Below, in pieces: positions 14,620-26,931 of a stretch of 64,000 nucleotides of DNA. Source of the stretch: Podarcis gaigeae (taxonomy: Eukaryota); assembly GCA_964106915.2 (NCBI GenBank), contig OZ066914.1; one strand, given 5' to 3'. The stretch's first letter is position 1. Each line of letters begins with the position of its first letter. The translations under genes and the position numbers were made by a program. Under the pieces are notes generated by a model. That model saw nothing but the letters and a program-made list of their open reading frames with translations. It made no database searches and was not told the origin of the DNA.

Positions 14620-14930
14620 TGTTCCTACACTCTGGTTTATGACAATGATCCGCTTTGGTATAATATCCGATATAACATTCAAATAAAGCCAAATTTCCCA
14701 GCTTGTTGTGATCGGGCTCTCTTCTTCCCTCTCTGATGAGATCTGAAGTATCTGGAACCCTATTAATTGCCAACGATCTCTCTCACTGACTCTCTCACAC
14801 ACTTCGACGATCTGTAGGCTATACATATGATCTATTTAAATAATCCTCTTATTTGGGGTTGTGACTTGTAGGTTGCGAGTCAGGGCGAGCTAATCTGCGC
14901 CAATGTGCTCACCCTGATCCTGACAGCAAG
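14620..14930. promoter_or_regulatory. Candidate intron-7 conserved element
   Basis: Complex sequence with TTTATGACAATG, TATTAATTG and two TGACA motifs; position fits the intron-7 enhancer series. Confidence 0.35.
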
Positions 14931-16469
14931 TCCCATCCAGCTTAGAAGCGCTAAGGTTGCTATTCTAGAACATAGGAAGTCAGAGAAGCCAGTGTTAGGT
15001 GGCTTTAAGCGGGGTTGCCTAAAGGTTGGGATGCAAGTTCCATTGGAGCCATTCTTAGCATCGGGCTGTTTAGGGCCCTAGCCTGAGGGCCGGATCCTTA
15101 CATCAGCAATCTTAAAACCGAATTCGCAGAAATCCTGTGGATTGCAGTTCAACGTGTTTCCCAGCAAGGATGCTGAGTTTTGCAGCTAGCTAGACCCTGA
15201 CTTGGGACTTTGTAAATCATTTTGATGCGCTCAGGATCGTGGCAGTGTCAGCCTGAGATTAGACGTCGTGAGGTTTAACTGCAGAGTTAACATACAACAA
15301 CCAGGAAAATTCCCCGTGCAAGACCCTCGACGAGCCTGGGGCTGCCCTGCCTCTCTTCCTTATTAATTTCAATCCAGGGTTGGATCGTGCCCGAGGCCGT
15401 GGACCGCCATAGCAAAAAAACGAGCCGGGATGCCAGTGTTGAGAACCTCCTAGCTTTAAGAGTCCGAGTTATACACACAAAGAATAAAGAAAGGCGGATT
15501 TAGCCTTTCTGATATTCAGGACTGATTTGAATCGGTTGGAATCCGAATTCTTCCATTGCCCTGCAGGAACTGTGAGCGAATCTTTGCGCCTGGGACTATC
15601 TAAGTTATATACAACGCGGCCTATAGAAGCATGCAGCTTACAGTTCAGGTAAGGGGAAGGCGATTGCTTCATATCGCTGTTACTCAGATCCGCGGAACAG
15701 CTAGCTTTCGGCGCCGTTCAACAACCACCCCCTGCCTACCCTCTGTCCGCATTCCGAAGCGAAGCTCAGGCGCAGCTTCCTCACGCCGCCATCCTCAACG
15801 GAAGGGCCCTTCCTCGCTTTGCTTCGCGTGTCCCTCTCCTTACTCCAGAACTTGGCAGCTCTAAGGAATTGGAAAGACCTGGGTGCTGCTTTAGAGTCCC
15901 AGAGGCCGATGTCCAGTTCTGAAATAAGCCACTAAAAGTCCGGTGGCACTTTGAAAGACTAATACGTTTCATGGCCTCCGTGACTCAGAACAAGTCCCAG
16001 GGCAACTGATGCCACCACAAACAGCCTTGAAGGTACCACAAGGCTCTTCTTGACTGTGGGCTTGTTTTTCGCTCCTTACACCACATGGACGCCACTCTCC
16101 CATTGGAAGAGGTCGGCAATATGTGGTCTTAAAGACCTGGGTGCCGGATCAGGTCTCCCTAACCCTTCCATCCCTCCCAGGGGAGCACCTACCCAGCCAC
16201 TCAGAGCACCAGTCTGAAAAAAAGGATGGTTCATTGAAATTAGTGGAACTCAATTCCAACTAAGTGTGGTTAGCTGGGACTGAAGTGTCAAAGGTGCTAA
16301 CCGGCGGGTGGGGGTGGGGTGGGGGTCTCAGTGAGCAGGCTGGCTCCCCGTCATCCTCCAGCCCCACGGCATTCTTCCTCCCCAATGGGAGATCTGAGAG
16401 TTGGGACGGTAATAGGATGCCCCGAAGCTCTTGTCTTTCCAGGGTCCCTCCTAGACTGCTCCCTTCTCT

Positions 16470-17560
16470 TAAAACTGACATGTCTAATTGGCAAGCGGAG
16501 CCATATCGTGTCCAGAGGTCTCCTGTGGAACATTTCTACAGCTGTCTCCTTCAACTAGACGCTTATTCATGTCGCCTTAATGAGAAACAAAACGATCTCT
16601 AATGAGCAATTACATAGCGACAGAATTGTTCCCATAACAAATTCTTGCGTGTGACAGAAACATCCTTTGTACCAGATATTCCGCATATTGTTACTGATTT
16701 CTTTCTTTTCTCTCTCGCTCTCTTTCTCTCGTATCTTAACCTCCTTTTCGGGATGGAAAGAAAAAATCAGGTTGTTGGGGAGACACCTCTCCCGAGAGAC
16801 TGACCAGAGCCAGAGAAAGGTCTCGTGGCCCACCGAGAGGCCGCCTTGGCAAACAAAAACAAACCCGTCGCGATTATTACAGCATCTCCAGGAGCGAAGG
16901 AGCGCAACCCGCCCCGGAGGCTCCGCATTAACCTCTCGCCATTCCCTACAACAAACACCTATTAATCTTCCGCGTAAACAGGGACCCACATTGGCCAAGT
17001 GGGAGCACGTCTAGCTGAGGAGCGAAGGCGCCCCGGGATCGGGAGCAGGCGCGCCACCGAAAGCCTATCCAGAACCAGCTCCAGCCTGGAGCGTGACCTT
17101 TTCAGTGATGCACGCACGCAACCTGGAGGAAAATCCAGCCGACCCACTTCTCCTCTGCTTTTCCCGCAAAGGCTCTTACGTTTGTCCTACCTTCCTGATT
17201 CCCTCTACTACCCTTGCAAGCAAAGAAAAGACACGCCGAGATGGAAGAAGCCAGAAGCTTCTCTTGCTTCCTCGTCCATCTTTCTAGGTGCTTCCTCCAC
17301 AGAGTCACAAAATTTGTCAATTACCCTGAAAGCGCAATCGGATACAAGGGTGTTTTCCTCGCAATCCGTCAGCGCTGGAGCTTCTCAGGCTCTAAGGAGA
17401 GGGTGGCGTGGTTGTTGGTCTGGTTTGTAAACCAAAGCCCATTTTTAATCATGTGCGCGTGTGCTTATGGGGCGTTTTTCGATCCAATGTGTATCGAAAG
17501 GAAAGGGTAGGGTTGAGGGCTGCCGAAAAGATCCGGTTTAAAATAAAGCTGCCGCCTTTC
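16470..17560. promoter_or_regulatory. Proximal intron-7 conserved elements (7CE1/7CE2-like)
   Basis: Clusters of TAATTG, TAATGA, CAATTA and TGACA motifs at about 16475-16700 and 17300-17550; assignment by position. Confidence 0.45.
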
Positions 17561-17759
17561 AAAGGCCTCTCCGACCTGTTGCCCTCCTGAGCATTCACAC
17601 GACACCCAGCCACCCCACCCCACCCCACCCCACCGCTGACCATCTCGAGATACAGGAGGAGGAGGAGATTGCGGCGGAGGTGGAGCCACGAGGCAGACCA
17701 GCATGTCGAGCTTTACCACTTTGGACTTTGATGGGTCATTAGAAAAATCGGATTGATCA

Positions 17760-18014
<255 letters not shown>

Positions 18015-18898
18015 TCAACGCGATGGTAGCAAGGAGAGGAGCCGCTTTGGAAACAAAGCGGCGACAACAGCAGGAGCAACCCCCCACCCCCACCCGCTGA
18101 CCACAGATCTCTAGAACCACTGGGACGTTGCTGTCAGTCCCAGAGGATGTGTGTTGTGTGTGTGTAAGAGGACTTAAAAAAAGAAAACCCAGCCCCCAAA
18201 TTTATTTACAAAGAAACCATTCCCACCGATTTCAATGGGAGTCGCTTCCAAACAGGCCACCGATCGAAGCCATCGCGACCCTTTTGCTCCAGCACAGCCC
18301 CGCTGACTGCAGCAGGACTACTCTGTAGCAAATGGGCTGTGAGAATGGCAGCCGGCTCGCGTGTTCAGCAGGGCAAGCCAGGCGGGAGATGAGAGGGCTG
18401 CGGTCGCCTTTGAAAGCCAGGACGCGTCCCCTGCAATACGCGGGGTTCTCTCGCCAGCCAACGCGTTTAGAGCAGCAATCCTCTGAAAACTATTTAGGGA
18501 CTTGAGCAGGTTGTGCTCAGCAGAGTTCCTTCTTCGGGAGAACTGCACCTTATGGAAAACGCACAACCCGGGCAGAAATGCCCTGTGTTTTTCAACCTAG
18601 AAATAAATCCCCCCACTGCATTGCTTTGCACATTCATAATTCGCTCGAGGAAAGTTCCCAGTTGGTCCCACCACCCTGGGGCGGGGTATTTAGCCTCTAA
18701 AAGCCACCTTGGTTTTCGGAGCCCTGTTAGCTCATAAGCCAAGGATGAGTCCTGAGCAATTTTTAAGGGCACCCATAAGTTATTAGTGCCAAATGTTGCC
18801 CTTACCCAAGGGCGGGGGAGGGAGAAATTGCGGGGGGAGGGGCTCCTTCGTGCTAGAAGATCAAAGAGAAGGGGGAGTTAGCGACAGGTCTCCTGCTA

Positions 18899-19174
<276 letters not shown>

Positions 19175-19253
19175 GGNNNNNNNNNNNNNNNNNNNNNNNN
19201 NNNNNNNNNNNNNNNNNNNNNNNNNNNNNNNNNNNNNNNNNNNNNNNNNNNNN

Positions 19254-19295
19254 NNNNNNNNNNNNNNNNNNNNNNNNNNNNNNNNNNNNNNNNNN
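19254..19295 (-). CDS. PAX6: Inferred position of alternative exon 5a (42 nt), hidden in N-run 19177-19324
   Basis: Not readable. Both flanks (gtaagttctcat| and |ccgcttccctgatgcag on the gene strand) match the recalled human flanks of exon 5a, and the 148-nt gap fits 29+42+77 nt. Confidence 0.6.
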
Positions 19296-20266
19296 NNNNN
19301 NNNNNNNNNNNNNNNNNNNNNNNNATGAGAACTTACTTAGAGAGGTTTTTCTTTTCTTTTTCTTTCTTTTTCTTTTAAAAAATATTACATTTGTGGCCCT
19401 ACACGCTACAAAGGTGAGATTTTTAATTTTTTTTATTTAAAACCCACTTTGAAGGGGGGAGGGGGATAAAAACTGGAGAAAAATGTCAGATATTGGAAGT
19501 AATGTTAATATAGACATCATCAGCTCAGTTTCCAAAATACTCAGATTTCGGGAAGAGGGAAGGATCGGGAAGGTGTGGGTGGATTATAAAACGGGAATGA
19601 TACTGTATCCCTAAGCCAAATCCCCGGCCAAATCGTTTTCTCATGAGCTTCTAGGGATAAACAGGCAGCAATTTCAAAAGCAACCAGCGTTGCTTATTGC
19701 TTATTCACATATACATATATATACATACATAAATTTGCATGCAGAAACTTTCAGTTACATGGAGGGGGAAGCGGACAGTTTAACACCCCCCTGACTTGCA
19801 CACGCTTGCTTGGAAAGAAGTCCCTTAACCAATCGGGGGGCTCTGCCTTCCAAAGAAGCGTCCTTAGGATCGGGCGCATTGCATCGGTCAGGTCACTCCA
19901 GCCAACTAATATTCGCCAATAGAATACAGGCGTACATATGGAAATAAGGCATATCCGGTTGTCAAGCAGCCATTGACTTAAGGAAAAAATAGATAGCTCT
20001 ATCCCCGTGGTTTTGAGAAGCAGATTGATGGCCATTTAATTTTTTAAAGAATCCTTCTCTCTGCCCCTCCCCCTGCCCCAAATAGGCTGGAGAGGGAAGG
20101 TTGCAGCTACAGAATAATACCCTTCCCTCGCCCACCCACCCCCAGGATAGGCTGTGTCCGGTTTTTTTTTTTTTTTTTGTCTTGTTTTGCTTTGGTTTGT
20201 TCCTTCCTTCCCCAAGCCAGGCTGGCGTAGGGTTGCTGGAGCTGGGAAGGCGAGGCGCATTTTCAC

Positions 20267-20397
20267 CTGCAGGATTCGGGAGATGTCACACGGCCGAGCC
20301 CCGCTGTGGGCGAGTTCCACGATTTTCTGTCGGGTTGAATCTGGCAGCGGCCGACCGTTGACAAACACGCCGCCGAGCTGGTTGACGCCGCTGTGAC
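20267..20397 (-). CDS. PAX6: PAX6 exon 5 (paired domain): (S)[43 protein letters not shown]
   Basis: acgcag acceptor, gtgaaa donor, 131 nt. Confidence 0.98.
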
Positions 20398-20838
20398 CTG
20401 CGTGGTGGGGGGAGGAAAACAAGGACAATGGAAGCCTCGGCTACCTGAGCTGGAGAAGGACGACCTGGGGCGCCCCAGCTCCCTCCTCCCCGGTCAGGTT
20501 GCTGCTGCTGCTGAGACAGAGAGGGGGGGGAGGAGGGGAAAGGGGTCGGGATGGCGGGGGTCGGTGGGGAACAGCGAGATCAACAACCAAACAACCCAAA
20601 TCAGGAGCTTCTCTGGTTCTGCTTTGGAGTTGGCAAAGAGAAAAGCCCCACTTAGCGCGGGCACAGGCGAGCCAGACCTATGGCTGTGGATCTCAGGTAT
20701 GAAGACTGTACACACACACACACAAAAGATGCACACACCTCCTTAGGCAAAATCACTGCAGCCAGGTAGCCACCGATACTCCAACAACCATGTATTTTAC
20801 CAGTTGCAAAGCACGTTCTATACAGGAAAGTCATTCAT

Positions 20839-20890
20839 AGATAGATAGGTAGATAAATAGATAGATGATAGATAGATGATAGATATAGAT
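20839..20890. repeat. Imperfect (GATA)n microsatellite
   Basis: agatagataggtagataaatagatagatgatagatagatgatagat. Confidence 0.85.
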
Positions 20891-21561
20891 ATACATATGA
20901 TCATCAAAGTAAAATTCCACCACCACAAAGACTTTCTCCCCTTTGAACTGGTCTCCTTCCCTTCCTCCCCCCCCCCCAAATCCTCCGCCATCCCCCCTTC
21001 TAAGCTCGACGCTGACTCCTCTCTATGGCTCCATTCACGGTCCCAGCTCTGCCTCTCAAGCCCAGAAGAGCAACATTTGGTTACACACTTTCACTCAGAG
21101 ACATCCTTTCAGCAGCCTTGGCACCAGCCGGCGAGTGAAGGGCACACAGCCGACTGTGGGGGAAAGGGGGTGGCTGGGGGTGGGGTGAAGGAAAAACCGT
21201 CCCCTCTCTCTTCCATGGGGCGGCGGGAGGTGGAAGATGCCTTTCGAGACCCAGCAGCGCGTGGACCCAACGCAGCCTGGAGCCCATCCACAGAAAGTCC
21301 ACCTCGCCCGCCCGCCCCACCACAAAAAACACAAAACCTGCCTGGATCAGAAACTGGCTAAGCCAAAAACAGGCGCCTCCTGCCCTCCGTCTCTCTTAGC
21401 CCCCTAAATGCCACCAAGATCCCCACACCCCAAATTCCTCGTCTGGAAAAGAAGGCGAGGGGAAAGGGAATTGTTGCTATTATTTTAAAAGGAAAATAAA
21501 TCGGAGGGGTCTGTTCTGAGCTTTGCGACAGTCCCTAAGCATCCTCCTAGCTACAGCTCAC

Positions 21562-21650
21562 TTGGCCAAAAGCAGCGCGAATGGATTTCTTAAAAAAAAA
21601 AATGGTTCGAAAATAATTCCCCAACCTGCAGCTTGAGGCTTTGGAGGCAA
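21562..21650 (-). other. PAX6: Candidate exon alpha (P-alpha first exon)
   Basis: Donor GGCCAA|gtgagc at 21561, just downstream of the neuroretina enhancer in intron 4; 5' end uncertain. Confidence 0.4.
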
Positions 21651-21729
21651 AAGGCTCCCTGGAGAAGGTCTGGGCTCGCTCTCTCTCTCCCTCTCTGTGT
21701 GTCTCTCTCTGTTCTGCTCTCCTCCTCTC

Positions 21730-22035
21730 TTTGGAGCCTCCTGCTAAATTGANNNNNNNNNNNNNNNNNNNNNNNNNNNNNNNNNNNNNNNNNNNNNNNN
21801 NNNNNNNNNNNNNNNNNNNNNNNNNNNNNNNNNNNNNNNNNNNNNNNNNNNNNNNNNNNNNNNNNNNNNNNNNNNNNNNNNNNNNNNNNNNNNNNNNNNN
21901 NNNNNNNNNNNNNNNNNNNNNNNNNNNNNNNNNNNNNNNNNNNNNNNTGTGGCAGACGTGTCACTTTATGACAGTGCTCCGCTTTTGAAAATTGCATCGT
22001 CACGACAAACAGGAGCATGATAAAAACGACCCTTT
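21730..22035. promoter_or_regulatory. Intron-4 neuroretina (NRE/alpha) enhancer, ultraconserved core masked
   Basis: Gene-strand TTTATCATGCTCCTGTTTGTCGTGACGATGCAATTTTCAAAAGCGGAGCACTGTCA..AAAGTGACA..CTGCCACA before the N-run (21753-21947) and TCAATTTAGCAGGAGGCTCC after it match my recollection of the mammalian alpha enhancer. Confidence 0.8.
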
Positions 22036-25000
22036 CTGTCCGGATTTGGGTATCACTCCGACGAGATTGAACTCTACTCGTTTCCCCTTCGAGGGGAAGC
22101 GACTTTTTAAGGTAGCCACGGGGCCAGTGCGGACACAACCGAGGGGGCGCGCTGCCTCCTCGATAGATCCGAAGTGACATGCGGTTTGGAGAGCGATGGA
22201 GGGAAGGGAGGGTGAAGGAGGAGGGGAGGGGTGCGGGGGGAAAGAGAGAGAGTGGCAGGAGCGTAAAAGCCACTAGAGAACCGACCAACGTGTGCGGTTT
22301 AAGAAATATAGGGGGGGGGGCACAAGGCACAGATCCTCTTTTTCTCTCTCTGCCTCTCGGATGGACCTGCTCATCTCTCTCCCCACCCCCCAACTATGTG
22401 AAGAAGGGGAGGGAGCTTCCATCCCCGGGTCGGGGAGGTGGGGCGTCAAATGCCCCCTTTTTAATCCTCCCAATCACCACTCCTAGGTTAGGTGGTTCTG
22501 GATACATTCCCCTTCCCCACCCCACTCAACTCCCTGTTTCTTCCCCTTACCTTCACCCTCCCTCTCCATTGCCCTGGATTGTTGTGGAATCTGGGTTGCT
22601 CTCTTCTCCAGTCTCTCAGGGACCCGATCCAGCCTCGGCAAGCCCTTATCAGAGACCAGTTGTTTCTCAGAGGGGTGGTGGGGCGGGGGGGTGTTTCAGA
22701 GAGATGAGCACGTGCTTCATTCTCTCTCACGGAAACCAATGGGACTCCCAATCCCGTGGCTGTGATGTTTCCTTGGGGCCTGGGGATCCACGGAGCCAGA
22801 TCTCCCTCTCCCTCTTTCACTCCCACACACGCATGGGGCTGTGGACAGGAGGCCCTTTGCCCGCAGCCCCGCCAGAAATGTATCTCTGCGCGCGGCCCAA
22901 CGAGGAATGCCAAACTCCCAAGTTGCGCGTAAAAAGGTTAAGCCTTAATCAATGCCTTAATTTCCCTGGAGAGGGGAGGCAGTTCGAGCCCAGTGGCAGC
23001 GATTAAGCGCCTCGCCTTTCTGGGGCTAGGCTTCTAATAGGAAAGCATATGGTGTCAATTTGGAGCCCCGGCACCACATACACCCAGGAGTTGTTCGCAC
23101 AAAGCCTGCAGAGCCGGCGGCGACCTTTGCGCAAAACCCGGGCTTCACCCGGACGGGATCTCCTCGCTCCACTCCTGCACGGGCTGAAGGGGAGGGGGAA
23201 GAAAAAGCGAGCGCCAAGGGCCGGCATCGAGGCATCTTCTGGCCCTCCGAGGAACACTTTGGGATGAGCTGTGCCTCAAGGCCAAGGGCCCAGGCTAGGA
23301 GAGAGGAGAGCTCGGCCTCCATGCTTTTCTCCCTGCTCCACCCTGGCCGCGTCTCTTTCTGATCAGCGCTAAGGCTTAGCAAGCCGTCGGTTTAAGAGAG
23401 ATCCCAGGCGAAGGAAGCAACAGAATAAATACAGGCCTTCCCGCCGGAAAAGTTCATCATCACGCTGCCACGGTCCGCCACGGGGAATCGCCCGAAAGAA
23501 TCCCAACACACAGGGCAATTTAAAGGCGCGCTCGATCCCCACAATCCGGTTTGTATGCTTAGAAATGCGTCCACCCCACGCCCTTCTCCCACAGTCCAGG
23601 AGCTGAGACCTTCCTGCAAAGACCCCCAAGCCCTTTCTAGGAGGAAATCGAGGGGGGCCTCGGAAAGCCGACGCCAGCAGCTCCACAGCGAACCGCCTTT
23701 GGCTAGGGAATCCCCGCCAAGGATTTCAACGCGACTGGCGGCCAAAGGGAGACGAAGAAGGGCCGCCGCCATGAAGACCCGGCCCCGCTTACTCGGAAGA
23801 AAGTCCTGCCAGAGTTCAGTAGGGCCAACTCCCAAGTGAAGAGAGTGGCAGCTAAAGAAATCCTGATAATCCTGGATCCTGCACGAAAGGCCAGAATTAT
23901 AGCCCAGGCCGAGTCAACTAAACTCTGAAGTACCTTCGCTTTAGGAAGAAATACTTGGCCGGCTTTTGACTTCTAAGGCAGCATCTTTAAACATGACAGC
24001 AACTCGCTAAGGAGCTCAACATTATCTCACGGAAGGGGCATTTTCTGGGCAACCAGGCCCTATTCCATCCATCCAAAGCTATGCACTTTTAAGTCTCCCT
24101 TGGCCCCAGCAGGAGAAATTTAAGCAGGTGCTGCAACTCTCTGGTGGACTCCTGAGAACTTAAAAGTGCATCCCTTGTGACTGCTGGATTGTCCCTTAGC
24201 CCATCCGACCTCCCTACACCCAGGAAAGTCGACGGGACTTAATTTCCCAATCAAAGTCCGCGGGAAGGCGGCTGATCTGCTCGGCCAGCGCGCTAAATAT
24301 ATTTATCAGGAAGTGTCACAGATTTCCTTTCCACCAACACGCTGAAAATCAGCGGAGTTGCCGGTCCAGAGTGCGGGTCAAACTGCCGCAACCTTGCGAG
24401 ACTTCGCTTGGAAATCCAGACAAGGCCCTCTGAGAAGGACTGCTTTGTTTGCGAGTTCTACGCAACTGACACCTTATCCCAGTGGGCTGATCCACTGTGG
24501 GTACCATCGGGCTCCCCACAAACACAAAGAGGGCTGGGGGTGTGGCGGGATTGCGCCCGGTCCCTTGGCTTCTAGAGGAATCTACGTCCAAATAAGGGCG
24601 CTTTGTGAGAAGCCGCTGTCACTGGGGATTCCCTCACGGGAGTGGGGAGAGGATAGCAAGACAGGCCTATGTAGGGCGTCCCTCACACGCAGCCTAGCCA
24701 AACCAAGTCCTCTCGGAAGTCAATCCTATTGGATTCTATTAATTTGACATCCAAGCGCACAACTTTATCAGGAAGCCGTTAAGCAGCTGCTGCCAAGCTG
24801 GTCTGGAAGACGATTGAAAGGGACATAATCTCTCATCTTCCTGAGTTTTCACTAAGTCTGGTGGGTTCAGCTCCAGGGTTCCCTTCCCAGCCCGACCCCC
24901 CGGCCCCAGACCACCACAAGTGACTAACATTTTCTCAGCAAAGGCCTTCAGTCTCGATCGCTTTGACATTCGCCCCCCCCTTTTTTTTTTTTGCAAATCC

Positions 25001-26396
25001 CCACATTCCTCCAGCCAGAAGAACACAGAACACGGTTAGTGACGTGGGAACTTCTTGCGCGTTTGCAACTTGCTTGGCGGACGATTGATTGTGTGCAATC
25101 AAGGGAAGTTCTGGTTTATTAAAAAAAAAAAATCCGATCGAGGCAGTTAATTCCTGTTCGAGGTCGCCTTGGCTTCGAAACCCGTTGGAACTGATTGCAA
25201 TGAAACAACCACAGACAGACGCGACTGTCCTCTGAATCCGGGTTCGGTGACCCTCGCTTGCCCTGCCTCCTGGACGGCGCTGGAGTTTATTATGTCAACA
25301 CATCCAAACTGTGAAGCCATTGGGGGGCTCTCCCAACCTTTCCGCTTTGCCAGCCTCTACAAATCTAACAGGATAGATCTATAAGCACCCATCACTGCAA
25401 TCCTAAACACACTTGCAGAAACCAGATCGATTTTTAATGAGACTGGCTTCCAGAAAAGTTGCGCTTTCTCACGGGAGCATTAAATCGAGTTGCATTCTCG
25501 ACGGACTTTCCCGCGGCCACTCAGATTTATTTCAACTGCACCACAACAAACTGCCCCCTTATTGTCACCTCTCGCGCAACCCAGTAGATCTCTCGTCCTG
25601 GGTTACAAATCCATTTAAATCCATCTACCTTTTTCGCCCCAAGAATTTTCAAATCTACACAAGCTTCCCTGCGCCAGACATTTAGGTCATCGAGATTCCA
25701 TCACCGCGAGATTTTGTGAGGAGAGTCCAACCAAAAGAAGACCAAAGAAAATGATCCGATCATGTCTTTCCTTCCCATTCACAGGACTTTCCTTACATCG
25801 ACACCCTCCCCCCCCCAAAAAAAATCCCCACTCACAAAGAGCTGATTTACTCCAGTGGCTGCAGATCCGATCCATGAGCAGTGGGATTCTGGAGTGGTCA
25901 ATTCCACACTCAATGGGTGGCCAATCGCTCCAGACGCGCCATCCGCAAAGCAGCTCGCTCACGCCTCCATCTTCCCAAGCACAGTTACTTGGAAGTAAGT
26001 CCCGTGGAAACGAGAAGGGCACTTACATCCCCTCCCCAAGTAAGGGTGCTTCGGATCACGGCCTCGCAAATCTCCATTCGGGAAAAGGAGCGCGTCGCTG
26101 CCCGGTCTCCTGTTGCAAGAACTACCAGCTGCATCTCTCTTAGGCGAAGGACTCAAATGGCAGCCACCAAGCGCCGGGTGTTGTAACTCTCCTAAGCTTC
26201 ATAACCCCCCTTTTCCAGAAGGAGCCACTTCTGCTATGATTAGTATTTTGAAAATGTGAAATTCTATACCTTCGCCCGCCTCTCTACCCCCACCCCACCC
26301 CACCCCCGCCCAGCACACACAAACACTACCCACCCCAATAATACACCGACATCCTCAAGCCGGCAGAGTCGTGAAATAAGAGGGAGAGTCACTTAC

Positions 26397-26406
26397 TGTT
26401 CTGCAT
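26397..26406 (-). CDS. PAX6: PAX6 exon 4, coding part (ATG CAG AAC A; MQN(S))
   Basis: CCACCATG Kozak context, gtaagt donor at 26396. Whole exon 4 is 26397-26451 with acceptor ctcatag. Confidence 0.96.
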
Positions 26407-26854
26407 GGTGGATTGATGGAGCAAGATCCCACGTGGCTCGCGGATAAGATTCTATGAGTAATAAAACAGGCTTTAATCAGGGGAGGGAAGCTCGCGGGCA
26501 GGTAGTTGCGCTGCACTGAGTGCCCAGGTCTCCAAGGCCTCGTTGCTTTCTGCTGGCCTCCCAAATGATGTCAAATATTATATATATATATTTATATATA
26601 TCATGCGAAAACCCTCCCAGCCCCAGAGCCTATATAACAAACCTGGAAACGTTTCAACCTAGCAAGTCTAGTTATTTTTAAAAAATAAATAAATAAATAA
26701 ACATAAACCAGCCGTGGCCTTCTCCTCGGCAAACTGGCTGTGGCAAGTGAGGGCTCGTGATGTACCAAGGAAAATGGGTCGGAGTGTGAGAAGTCTTCTA
26801 GTGATGGGGGGTGGGGGGACGGGACGGGGAAAGTAGAAGGTGCTTCCAACTTGC

Positions 26855-26931
26855 CTGATTTATGAGCGGACTCTCCTCTCTGGCAATTTAACGACTCACA
26901 CATCTGCGTAGCGCTTGTTAAATTCTTCCCG
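26855..26931 (-). other. PAX6: PAX6 5' UTR exon 3 (77 nt, GC donor)
   Basis: ttttcccctcatcctag|CGGGAAGAATTTAACAAGCGCTACGCAGATGTGTGAG...AATCAG|gcaagt; same length and motif order as recalled human exon 3. Confidence 0.85.

Noticed and set aside
22179-23006. 275-aa plus-strand ORF (also 21590-22393)
   Set aside because: Low-complexity G/P/S/R product from GC-rich intron 4 with no recognisable domain; the 21590-22393 ORF also reads through Ns.
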